60,000 nt of DNA from contig CM075988.1 of the NCBI GenBank assembly GCA_038087875.1, forward strand, positions 12,154,001-12,214,000, read 5' to 3'. Position 1 is the first letter of the stretch, and every line of letters starts with the position of its first letter. This DNA is from Malacoraja senta. Lineage: Eukaryota. This document shows positions 48,626-60,000 of the stretch, in pieces. A model generated the notes under the pieces. The model saw only the letters and a list, made by a program, of their open reading frames with translations. It searched no databases and was not told where the DNA came from. Both the position numbers and the translations under genes were made by a program.

Positions 48626-51619
48626 CTAGGTCCATATCCCTGCCCTCTCCCCGTAGCCCCTTATCCCCTTGGCAGCTAAAAAAACATCTATTTTAGACTT
48701 AAATATATTTAATGTTTCTGCTTCCACTGCTCCCTGGGGCAGTGAATTCCATAAGTTAACCACCCTCTGGGTGAAGAAGTTCTTCCTCATCTCAGTTTTA
48801 AAAGAGCCCCCCCTTATTCTACAACTATGTCCCCTAGTTCTAGTTTCCCCGATCATTGGGAACATCCTCGGTGCATCCACCCGATCAAGGCCCCTCACGA
48901 TCTTATATGTTTCAATGAGATCGCCTCTCATTCTTCTAAACTCCAAAGAGTAGAGTTCCAGCCTACTTAACCTTTCCTCATATGTCAATCCCCTCATTGC
49001 AGGAATTAATCTTGTAAACCTTCGCTGCACTGCCTCCAGGGCCAGTACATCCTTTCTTAAGTATGGACCCCAGAACTGTACACAGTATTCCAAATGTGGT
49101 CTCACTAATACTGTGTACAGCTGTAGCAAGACCTCCGTGTTTTTATACTCAATCCCCCTAGCAATAAAGGCCAAAACTCCATTGGCCTTCCTGATAGCTT
49201 GCTGCACCTGCATACTAACTTTTAGTGATTCATGTACTACTACCCCTAGATCCCTTTGCGTTGTATTACAGCGCAGCTCCTCCTCATTTAGAAAATAACT
49301 TGCCCTATCATTTTTTTCCCCAAAGTGAATGACTTCACATTTATTAGTATTAAATTTCATCTGCCAAGTTGTTGCCCACTCACCTAGCTTATCTATATCC
49401 TTTTGCAGACTCTTCCTATCCTCCTCATCCCCTACTTTTCTTCCCATTTTTGTATCGTCCGCAAATTTTGATATATTACACTTGGTTCCCTCCTCCAAAT
49501 CATTTATATAAATTGTGAACAACTGGGGTCCCAGCACCGACCCTTGCGGAACCCCGCTAGTTACCGGTTGCCATCCCGAATATGAACCATTTATCCCCAC
49601 TCTCTGCTTCCTATTTGTTAGCCAATCCTCTACCCATGCTAATATATTACCCCCAATCCCATAATTTTTTATTTTTAGCAATAGTCTCTTATGTGGCACC
49701 TTGTCAAAAGCCTTTTGGAAGTCCAAGTATACCACATCCACCGGTTCCCCTTTATCCACCCGGGTTGTTACTTCCTCAAAGAATTCGAGCAGATTCGTTA
49801 AACAGGACTTCCCCTTCACAAAACCATGCTGGTTCTGTCCGATGAAGTCATGTCTATCCAAGTGCCCCGTTAGTGTTTCTTTAATAATTGTCTCTAACAT
49901 TTTACCCACCACCGATGTTAGACTAACCGGTCTATAGTTACCCGCCTTCTGTTTACTTCCTTTTTTAAATATAGGTATTACATTGGCCAATTTCCAATCC
50001 ACTGGGACCGTTCCTGCCTCCAGGGAGCTTTGGAAAATTATCACCAATGCATCCACAATCCCCACCGCTATCTCCCTCAAAACCCTTGGATGTAATCCAT
50101 CAGGCCCAGGGGATTTATCCTCCTTCAGTCTCATTAATTTCCCTAATACCACCTCCTTGGTGATCTTAATATTATTTAGCTCCTCCATTCCTACCTCCCC
50201 CTGTTTATCCAGCGTTGGAATATTTTTTGTGTCTTCTATGGTGAAGACTGATACAAAATACTCGTTTAATGCCTTTGCCATTTCCATGTTCCCCACCAAC
50301 AACTCTCCAGTCTCACCCTCCAATGGACCAACGTTCACCTTAGCCACCCTTTTTCTTTTTATATAGCTATAAAAACTCTTACTATTAGTTTTTATGTTGT
50401 TCGCTAAATTCCTTTCATAGTCTATTTTCCCCGTCTTAATTAATCTCTTAGTTATTTTTTGCTGACCTTTAAATGCTTCCCAATCCTCTACCCTCCCACT
50501 ATCTCTGGCTACCTTATATGCCCTTGCCTTCCGCCGAATACTATCCTTTATAGTTTTACTGAACCATGGCTGACTGTTCTTACCCTTACCCCTTTTTTTC
50601 TTCATAGGAATAAATTTTTCTTGAAGGTTATACAGTAGATCCTTAAACGTACACCACTACTCATGTACCGTCTTATTCTTGAGTCTGCTATCCCAGTCAA
50701 CTTTGATCAGCTCAGTCCTCATACCTTCATAATCCCCCTTATTTAGACTAAGTACCCTAGCCTGAGTTTCAACCTGCTCCCCTTCTATTTGAATATGGAA
50801 TTCGACCATATTGTGGTCACTTGTTCCCAACGAGTCCCTAACTATGACATTTTTAATTAATCCTGCTTCATTACACAGGACCAGATCCAAAATTGCCTCC
50901 CCCCTTGTCGGTTCTGTGACATACTGTTCTAGGAACCCGTCTCTAATACATTCTATAAACTTTTCTTCTAGTTTACCCTGCCCAGTTTGGTTTGCCCAAT
51001 TAATATGAAAATTGAAGTCCCCCATGATTACAGCAGTTCCCTTTTTACATGCGTCAACTATTTGCAGATTTATGTTCTGACTAACAGCGTCACAGCTATT
51101 TGGAGGTCTATAAATTACACCCACTAGTGTTTTTTTTCCCTTGTTATTCTCTATCTGTACCCAAGCTGTTTCACTATCCTGATCCTTCAACGCAATATCC
51201 TTCCTCTCTATTGCCGTTATTCCCTCCCTTATTAAAAGGGCCACCCCTCCTCCCTTTCTTTCCTGTCTATTTTTTCTAATTGTCGAGTACCCCTCTATAT
51301 TTAACTCCCAGTCTTGATCCCCTTGCAGCCATGTCTCCGTAATGGCCACGATATCATAACTATATATACTTAATTGCACCGTTAATTCATTTATCTTATT
51401 TCGAATACTCCGTGCATTTAGATACAGCACTTTCAGATGATTTTTACTACCCTTCCTTTCTGTTTTTGCCTCTTTTACATCTAGAGCTTTATTTTCACAC
51501 ATTCTGAATCCTCCTGTCACATTTTGATTTTCCGTTTCCCCACTGATACCCTGCTCTATTTCCTCTACCCCTGCCGTTATTACCACCCTTGATACCTCCC
51601 CCCCGCTACTTAGTTTAAA
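48626..51619 (-). pseudogene. CR1 ORF2: APE endonuclease plus reverse transcriptase, one in-frame TAG at 50657-50659
   Basis: EN motifs YLNARS, ITETWL, YRPP, MGDFN, LDLV, SDH; RT motifs NYRPVSL, YLDFQKAFD, GVPQGSVLGP, KFADD; track ORFs 50657-51586 and 48626-50605 are in the same frame with a 51-nt gap. Confidence 0.93.
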
Positions 51620-52476
51620 GACCTCTCTACTGCCCTAGTTATATGATTTGCCAGGACCCCAGTCCCAGCACCGTTCAGGTGAAGTCCGTCCTTACAGAAC
51701 AGATCCCCCCTGTCCCAGTACTGGTGCCAGTGGCCCAAGAAACCAAACCCATTATTCCCACACCAGTCTTTTAGCCACGCATTCAGCTTTTTAATTTTAC
51801 GTACTCTCGCCGATTTGGCCCGTGGCTCAGGTAGCAATCCGGAGATCAGTACCCTCGAGGTTCTGCTTTTTAATTTATTCCCTAACTGCTCAAACTCCTT
51901 CAGCAGATCCTCCTTCCTCGTCCTTCCTATGTCATTGGTCCCCACATGGACCACGACCACTGGATCCTCACCCTCCTTCTGCAAATTTCTCTCCAGCATC
52001 GCAGAGATATCCTTAACCCTAGCACCGGGTAGGCAACACAGCCTTCGGGACATGTTCTGCTGGCCACAGAGAACCTTATCTACCCCCCGAATAATACTAT
52101 CCCCTATCACAACGGCATTTCTTCTAACTCCCCCCTCTTGAATGTCCCCCTGATCCACGGTGCTGCAGCCAGGTTGCTCATCCCTCCCACAGCCCCTGAT
52201 CCCGTCCTCACATTGAGTAAGAGCCTCGGTCATGCTCGTCAGGAACAAGGGCTGTGGCTCCTGCCGCATCTCCTCCTGGTTCCCCCTACCTGCCTCGCTT
52301 ATGGCCACACCTTCCTTTCCTTGCTCACTCACTACTGAATTAGTTAAACTGGTCGGTGTGACCATCCCCTGGCACAAAACATCCAGGTAATACTCCCCCT
52401 CCCTGATGTTCCGCAGCGTATGAAGTTGGATCTCCAGCTCCTCAATGCGGAGCTCGAGTTCCGCTAGCCTCAAACA
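51610..52476 (-). CDS. CR1 ORF1 (N-terminally truncated): coiled coil plus SGNH/GDSL esterase domain
   Basis: Heptad LAELELRIEELEIQLHTL; SGNH blocks IGDS, LPGA, VGTND, DGLH; begins at TGT (Cys) at the truncation point. Confidence 0.9.
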   Translation of the reverse strand, partial: CLRLAELELRIEELEIQLHTLRNIREGEYYLDVLCQGMVTPTSLTNSVVSEQGKEGVAISEAGRGNQEEMRQEPQPLFLTSMTEALTQCEDGIRGCGRDEQPGCSTVDQGDIQEGGVRRNAVVIGDSIIRGVDKVLCGQQNMSRRLCCLPGARVKDISAMLERNLQKEGEDPVVVVHVGTNDIGRTRKEDLLKEFEQLGNKLKSRTSRVLISGLLPEPRAKSARVRKIKKLNAWLKDWCGNNGFGFLGHWHQYWDRGDLFCKDGLHLNGAGTGVLANHITRAVERSLN

Positions 52477-55313
52477 CTGAAGAAGGGCCCCGACCCATTA
52501 CATCACCAATCTATGTCCTCCATAGATGCTGCCGAACCTGCTGAGTTATTCCAGCACTTTGTGCCTTATATAGTTCCTTTATAGTTTTAAATATTATAAA
52601 TTATATCTTCCATCAAGCTTTTTCATTCAAGATGATGCAAGCAAAATTTTTGTTTGCTGTTTGTCTCTTGAAGATTGCAGCAGCATTTGTGTTATGGGGC
52701 ATATCTTGTTACGTTACAAAAGTCACTGATTTTACCTGCATTAGATTAGATAAAAATCATGTTGTTTTGCTTTCTGTCACGATGTCAATATAAGTAAGAG
52801 TTTGTCATGAAAGAGTAATTGAATGTAGCCAATGAATGAAAGCTGAAAAGATGTGAGCACTTTATCCACTGACAGTACGCGCTGAAGTATAATGTAACTA
52901 GTTGAACAAAAAAAGTGAAAACTTCTGTTTTAGCTATTTCCAAAGAAACTAGGTTGTGGAAGAGTTATTGTCAAGGTAGGAAGCAATATCAGTGAACCAT
53001 TTTATCAGTACTTGAATATATGGATTTTTTTCAGGGGATAAAGCATAATAAAATGTGAGCCATATTGCATTTCACTTCCATTTTGATCATGAAATCCAAA
53101 TACCTTGAGTGCAGATTTATTTCTTCACAACACGCATCATTGTTCAATCAGCACATTCAATCATGCTGTCACCAGGAAACTATCTGTACTCTGCCTCTTG
53201 ATTTGTGAGGGTATTCCTAATCTGACTGAATATTGAAATCAGTACTTGTGTTCTGGAGGCCGGAAATCTTAGCGAGAATCTATTTTGCTACCACCTTAGT
53301 GTAAAAACAAAATGCAGAGGAAGGGTAACTAGAGGAAGGGTAATAGCAGCACACACTGCCCAAATTCTTCAATGGCAACAGATCCAAAGTTACTATTGAT
53401 GGAAAAACTTTCCATTACATCAACTGCATCTCTGTGTTGCTGCAACCTGATTTTACTTGCAGAACTCCAACACTAACGGGTCTAATCTTCACTTCATTCC
53501 AAATGATATTAATGCTAATGGGAGATTTTAAAAATCCAATATTTCCACTGTGTTTGTGTTTGATAGTTATTGGGACTAGTTAAGAATGGCAGTGGTGCAA
53601 CCATTCTGTATCTGTGCTGTTAGTCCCATGATCCAAAAGCGTTTTCCTGGTGGCTGCAGCTTAGGAAGTGGTTGAGGACATTTCATGTGATCGTCTGTGC
53701 CAAACCTGAGAACATGCTAGAACACAGGAGACCAATCTGCCCATTGACTCTGTCTCAGCTCCTTGGAAAAGTGATCTCACTCATCTCGCTAATTTGCGAA
53801 TGGTTTCCTCTTGGACTCTTATGCAGCTTCTTTTTGAAAGGAACAATTTAATCTGCCTCAGCTACTCTCCCTCGCAAATGACTCCAGAACTTAATCACCT
53901 ATTCTGTAATAAAACAGTTTATCCATATAAGCTTTGTCAATTTCCTTCTTCTAAGTCCCATTGCTCATGATCCCTCAATGAATGAGAACCACTCCCTTTC
54001 ATCTGTTTTGTCTATCTCCTTCACGATTTTGAATATCTTTATTAGATCCCTTGCAAACTCCTGGTTGGATTGTCCTTGTGAGCCATAAACAAGTGGAGGA
54101 ACTTGCATCATCTGTGCAGGCAAAGAGATAACCAACAATTCAGCTCAAAACTTTGCATCAAGACCATTCTTACAGACAGCTGATATGGACTAGATGGGCC
54201 TGTGACCATTCTGTGTGAGTCTTTCAAGCTGAATATTGGTAACATATATTCAGAAAAACCGTGGTTGTACTACTCCGCTATAAACTTTCCTTTCATTGTG
54301 TCCATTTTCCCTGAATTAACTTTTGTTTTTAACTATACTGTTACAGTAGTTTTAATGCCCTGGGCATCAGTCTCCATGACAAGCCTATTAGGTGCATCAT
54401 TTGAGCTGCTCTAATTCTGGAAGACTTGACTGCACACTGAAGCATCAGGCCAAGGGCAAGAGTAGTCTGGCTTAGCTGGCTGTGTGACATTAACAAGGAC
54501 ACTGATAATTGAGTGACGGCGTGTGTACTTGCACTGTCTTCTGATAGAGGACAGTCAGTAGTTCTTCAACGGTTCAAAAAACCACTCTGCTGTAAATGCA
54601 CTTCTGCGTGAGAAGTGACAAGTTTGTCAAGCGGAGTGAACTCAACTTTACAAAAGTGGCGAGAGTGTAAAAAGTGCGAAGGATGAAAAGGAGCTGGAAG
54701 AATTGCCAGCCCAGAGCTCGGTGAATGTGAGAGAACAAGGGGAAGCAAGGAAGGGTGAATTGTGTGTCATGTAACTCAAGGTGCAAGAAGATAAAGAGGA
54801 AAGGTTTTTACTTTTACAATTCCGTTGAGTAAATTGAACTTTTTTTGTGCACTGCAGTTGTGCTGCAGGGGAAAGTCTTGTTATCTTTGTTATCTTTTTT
54901 GACTAGCTCATAGTAAAGTTAAAATAAAGCCAGGGTATCAATTACATCCATCTGAACTCAGTTTAAGGGCTTCCTCAGAGGATGGGTACAATATATCCTC
55001 AATGTCCAATTTATGAAATGGACAACGACGTTCGAAGTGAATCATCATAACCTGCTGTTTGCAAATAGCCACATTAAAATAAAATAGTTCTATCTGACAA
55101 TTATAGCCTTATTGGAGCAGAACTGTGGGTCCTTTTCATAAAACATCATTATTCTTAAGGCCATTCATCTTATTAACCATCTCTCTGGGTCTCACAGTGT
55201 CAATTTAAAAACTTGCTGCACATGCAAACAATTTGCAAAGGAAATCTTAATGTTGGAATATGATCTGTAATTATCCTTCCGAGAAAAAAACGAGGATTTG
55301 CAATATTTGACAG

Positions 55314-55487
55314 TTTATTTGATAATTCACACGAACACTTTAATCAAGTGAAATTACTGTTTTGTGCAAAGTCTTATCTTTTAGAAGTACTTGGCATATA
55401 ATTAGACTATATTCAATTAATATTGAGTGGAGTATTTCCAGTCAAAAGGCATTGTGTTTTAATTGGCCCAAATGAATTCTGTACTTA
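55314..55487 (+). repeat. Copy 1 of an unexplained 174-bp direct duplication
   Basis: Ungapped alignment with 59468-59641, 27 mismatches in 174 by hand count. Confidence 0.9.
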
Positions 55488-55568
55488 CAATTTGTGGAGG
55501 GGTGGGAAATTCCACTTTGATATCTTAGAAAACAAAATCTTTACAAAAAAGATAAAACCTCTCTGAGT

Positions 55569-55773
55569 GGGAAGGAACTGCACATGCTGATTTAAACCGA
55601 AGATAGACACAAAAAGCTGGACAAACTCAACGGGACTGGCAGCATCTCTGGAGAGAAGGAATGGGTGACATTTCTGGTCGAGATCCTTCAGTCTGAAGAA
55701 GGGTCTCGACCCAAAACGTCACTCATTCCATATGCTGCCTGTCTCGTTGAGTTTTTTTCCAGCTTTTTGTGTC
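55569..55773. mobile_element. Inverted Penelope-derived dimer with 16-bp TSD
   Basis: taaaacctctctgagt (55553) and taaaacctttctgagt (55774); core ctgaagaagggtctcgacccaaaacgtc. Confidence 0.87.
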
Positions 55774-55879
55774 TAAAACCTTTCTGAGTTGGTTGGTGCT
55801 TGCATTTCACTCAAAACAAAGAAAGTGTTAAGACCAATGTCGACTGCATTAACAGAATTATTGTTAATTTCTTTCAACC

Positions 55880-56940
55880 CTTTCATAGAATGGAAAAATT
55901 ATGGAATTAAAATGATGCGACAACTTTATAAGAAAGGCACATTTCTTTCATTTCAGGAGCTGCAACAGACTTATGGACTCCACTTAAATGATTTTTTCAG
56001 ATATCTACAACTTAGAGATTATGTTAAAGCAAATACTCAAAACTTTAGAACTAGAGATTCAGAAATCCTTGATGACTGTTTGAATAAACATCCTAATACA
56101 GAAAAATTAATATCTCACATATATAATACTTTATTAGATAGTGAGATACCATCGACGGACTTATATAGGCAAACATGGGAAAAGGAACTAAATCAAACAA
56201 TAACGAAAGATACTTGGGAAGAAAGTTTACAACACATACATCAATGTTCATTAAATGCCAGACACACTCTAATACAATTCAAAGTACTACATAGATTACA
56301 TTATTCTAAAACAAAACTAAATAGAATCTTCCCACATATCTCCCCTATTTGTGATAAATGTCAAAATTTAGATGCTAACTTAACTCATACATTTGCGAAT
56401 TGTATAAAAATTTAAAAATTCTGGGCAAATATTTTTAGAATAATATCTATAGTTGTCAACACTCAATAGGATCCTGGTTCAAAATTAATAATACTAGGAA
56501 TATTAGACAAAAGCAAACATTTACAACTCAAAGAAACTTTATTGATTATAGTATAATAACTGGGAAAAAATTAATACTAAAATTTTGGAAAGGTCCTATA
56601 ACCCCCACAACTAAAATGTGGATCTTAGAAATGTTGGAGACCTTACATTTGGAAAGAATTAGACTTGTCCTAATGGACAAACAAGAATTATTTATCAGAA
56701 CATGGTCTCCATTTATTGATTATTTGAAGGGTCAGACTGGTTCGACACGAGAACCTGACTAAAACTCGAGCCAAGGATTAGATGAAAAGTTATACTTTGA
56801 AATGTACGAATATATCTCTAATGATGTATTTTTAGTAAGTTATTCCATTCTTCTTTATTATCTCTTTTTTTTTCTCTATGTCTTTTTTTTCTTTTCTTTC
56901 ATTCTGCTACTTTCTTACTTTCTATCTATATATAAAAAAA
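55880..56940 (+). mobile_element. L1-clade LINE 3' fragment
   Basis: ORF WKNYGI...FLSFQELQQTYGL...FFRYLQLR...IQFKVLHR...CDKC...LTHTFANC (C-terminal CCHC zinc domain); stops downstream; T-rich 3'UTR and A tail. Confidence 0.9.
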
Positions 56941-57009
56941 ACTCTTTGGAGACCAATGTAGACCACAAACTTCCACAGGTTTCCCACTATTTCATCTAAC
57001 AAATCCACT

Positions 57010-57317
57010 TTTGACTTTAGAGATTAAGTTGAAAGCAGGCCTTCGGCCCACCGAGTCCACGCTGACCAGCGATCACCCCATACACTAGCACTATCCTACA
57101 CAGTAGGAACATTTTACAAATTTTTTTACAAAAGGCAATTAACCTACAAACCTGTCTATCTTTGGAGTGTGGGAGGAAACTGGAGCACCCGGTGAAATCC
57201 CACGTCATCACAGGGGGAACCTGCAAACTCCACACAGACAGCACCCGTAGTCAGGATTGAACCTGGGTCTCTGGCGCCATGAGGCAGCAACTCTACCACT
57301 GCGCATCTGTGCCGCCC
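57010..57317 (-). mobile_element. HE1-type SINE
   Basis: Full-length reversed copy. Confidence 0.9.
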
Positions 57318-57651
57318 CCTGGTGCCTCTTGGAGAATTTGGATCCCAATAAATTGGGAGTGACAGGCTGCTGAAAACATATTTGATTTAATTACATTGGT
57401 TTAAATATTTTAAACTATATTTTTAAGAATGAATCATTTCAGGCTTTAAATTTAATTATTTTAACATTATTTATTTAAAGTTCTGTGTCATTTTGAAGAT
57501 AAATCCAATTGAAATGAGGCAGGGTCCAACCTGCTGCCATTTTGTAAGAGCAGTAGTTTACTTGCATGGGAGAGGCCTTGAGCTGACAACAGTGAAGAAC
57601 AGAGCACAGATGTGTAAAGCGAAGAACCTGGAGGCAACAGCGGCAACCCAA

Positions 57652-57985
57652 GTGAAAGGCCTGGATAGAGTGGATGAGGAGAGGATGTTTCCACTAGTGA
57701 GGGAGTCTAAGACCAGAGGACATAGTCTCAGAATAAAAGGATATAACTTTAGAAAGGAGATGAGGGGGGTCAGAGGGTGGTGAATCTGTGCAATTCATTG
57801 GCACAGAAAGCTGTGGAGGCCGTTGATTAATATTTGTAAGGCAGAAATTGACAGATTCTTGTTAGTAAATTGTCTGGGGTTATGGGGAGAAGACAGGAGA
57901 ATGAGGTTGTGAGGGAAAGATAAATCAGCCATGATTGAATGGCGGAGTAGACTTGATGGGCAAAATGGCATAATTCTGCTCCTAG
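57652..57985 (+). mobile_element. CR1/HER1 3' fragment
   Basis: VKGLDRVDEERMFPLVRESKTRGHSLRIKG in ORF 57493-57783. Confidence 0.88.
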
Positions 57986-58764
57986 AACCCACCCCTAATC
58001 TTTTTGTCATGCTTACAATGTTTTTTTTGAAGGGGGGCTGAGGCATTATTCTGCAACGGCTAGCAAGTGCAAGTTGAAAATTAATTTAGAAATCAAGTGG
58101 TTGTATCCTATAATACTGGAAAAGCTCTGTTTATGCAACAAGTACTCGTGTAGCACTTTGGTGTCAAAGGAGGGGACGGGGAAAGAAGCCGTTCATTAAT
58201 CTTTAGCGTTTGCGTGATTGAGATTCTGTACCTTCCCCTCCGCCTCCTTCTCACCTGGTTCACAGTGACCTCCCCACTTTTCCAGCTGCCTTTGCCAGTC
58301 TGTACAGCTGATAAATGGCTTTTAACACTGCTGGAAACGTTGATTTACAACACTGTTTTCTGGGTAGGTCACCAATGCCACACACCTGCTGTTGTCAGCA
58401 AATCTCCACAACCATAACTCACCGCGTCTGAGTTAAAAATATATACTAGCATTTCTTAAAATAAAAGGCTGCCAGTGATTATTTTTTTTTGCACTGTGTC
58501 ATCTTTACAAAAATGATACACTGGTTGTGGGTGAAAAAGTTCACAATAAATTTCAGAACCAGCACAACCAAGCAGATTAACTGAAAATACATTTGTGAAG
58601 TTGAGCACACTTTAGAGGTATAAATTTACTAAGATGTGCTGGAAGCTGGATTTTAGCTGGTGGTGCATGTGAAAAATCAAATGAAGTTAGCTCCCTTCAA
58701 ATTGATTTACAATAAAGATTATCTTTTTGTCTTTGAGACAATTTTCAGATAAGGTCAGAAGGAT

Positions 58765-59270
58765 TAGGAGTAGAATTAGGCTTTTCGGCCCATCAAGTCC
58801 TCTCTACCATTCAATCATGGCTGATCTATCTCTCCATCCTAACCCCATTCTCCTGCATCTCCCCATAACCTCTTAAACCTGTACTAATCAAGAATCTATC
58901 TGTCTTAAAAATATCTACCTACTTGGCCTCTACAGGCTTCTGTGGCAAAGAATTCCACAGATTCACCACCCCCTTGACTAAATAAATGTTTCCTTATCTC
59001 CTCCCTAAAAGAACATCCTTTAATTCTGAGGTTATGACCTCTGGTCCTAGATTAATGAAAATATCCTTTCCACATCCACTCTATCCAAATTTTCACTAAT
59101 TACAATGAGGTCCTCCCTCATTCTTCTAAACTCCGGCAAGTACAGGCCCAGTGCTGACAAACGCTCATCATAGGTTAACCTACTCATTCCTGGGATCATT
59201 CTTGTCAACCTCCTCTGGACCCTCTCCAGAGCCAGCACATCCTTCCTCAGATATGATGCCCAAAATTGTT
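58765..59270 (-). mobile_element. CR1/HER1 3' fragment
   Basis: QFWASYLRKDVLALERVQRRLTRMIPGM in ORF 59047-59340. Confidence 0.9.
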
Positions 59271-59467
59271 CACTAAGATTGAGGTCTTCACGGTAAGACC
59301 ACCCAAGTTGATTTGTCATGGTGAAATGCTGAGATTGCATTTTGCTTCAGTAGAATTGAACCTTGTTGCACGCAAAGGATTTTGCAAATAATATCTTAAT
59401 TTTGAAATATCATCTTCATAAATCCTATTTTTACAAAAAAAAAAGACATGCAATATTTGTTCTCCAG

Positions 59468-59641
59468 TCTATCTGACAATTCACACTACCATTTGGATCA
59501 AATTAAATTACTGTATTGTGCAAAGTCATACCTTTTAGAAGTACTTGGCAAATAATTAGACCATAATGAATGAATATTGAATGGAGCATTTCAAGTCAAA
59601 AGGCATTATGTTCTAATTGGCACAATAGAATTCTGTGCTTA
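59468..59641 (+). repeat. Copy 2 of the unexplained 174-bp direct duplication
   Basis: See 55314-55487; weaker similarity extends about 100 bp upstream. Confidence 0.9.
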
Positions 59642-60000
59642 GATCTTTGCCATCTTTATCAGGAGTTATTGAGAGATGTTAAGTACATTGCAGATGGTGA
59701 ATAGTTCAACTAAAGAGTGTGCATTTCTCACAGAGTAGCATAATGCTTGTGCACGTTGATACCAGGTATGAATGAGGTTAAAATAATATGTTTCTAGCGG
59801 AATTATGAACATCATTCCTGTGTCAAAAACTGAGTGTCCTCCTGAATATCAAACTGAATAAAACTAATTTGAACAATTGAACAGCCATCCAGTTGTATTG
59901 AAAAGGCCAACACTGACCCTTCAGGGAAATTATCTCAAAAAACCAGCACCAAATGGCTCTGAGATTTACACCTGCAAAGGGACTTGGCAAAAAAAAGACC

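Larger units (their letters stand above)
48299..52476 (-). mobile_element. Young CR1-clade LINE, 5'-truncated in ORF1 (about 4.2 kb)
   Basis: ORF1 + ORF2 + 3'UTR + ttctatgatga tail; inserted into a Penelope-derived element with ctgaa duplicated at 48294-48298 and 52477-52481. Confidence 0.95.

Noticed and set aside
48669..52338. Numerous plus-strand ORFs antisense to the CR1
   Set aside because: Shadow ORFs of the minus-strand LINE coding sequence
58255..58331. Minus-strand exon candidate ending CCAG|gtgag
   Set aside because: Weak acceptor, unrecognised peptide and no partner exons; cannot be supported from sequence alone

Overview
Non-coding, AT-rich, CpG-poor vertebrate genomic DNA. The repeat complement (HE1-type tRNA SINEs, CR1/HER1 LINE ends, Penelope-derived short elements) points to a cartilaginous fish, probably a skate or ray. 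I found no host protein-coding gene, rRNA, real tRNA or CRISPR array, so the window looks intronic or intergenic. Nearly all recognisable ORFs are LINE fragments. The largest feature is a young, 5'-truncated CR1 LINE (48299-52476, minus strand) with an SGNH-esterase ORF1 and an endonuclease-RT ORF2 broken by a single TAG. Its two ORFs overlap at an in-phase U_UUA_AAC slippery heptamer followed by a G-rich tract, which suggests a programmed -1 frameshift. About 20 copies of a short, TSD-flanked Penelope-like element carry a minimal hammerhead-ribozyme-like core (CUGAAGA-A-stemII-GAAAC-GUC), often as inverted dimers. Also present: a complete non-autonomous hAT element with an 8-bp TSD and a long internal hairpin, Harbinger- and Tigger-like MITEs, Rex/Babar, L2, L1 and RTE fragments, an unexplained ungapped 174-bp duplication about 4.15 kb apart, and two short locally templated insertions. 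Family names come from my own recognition, not from database searches. Boundaries of degraded repeats are approximate.
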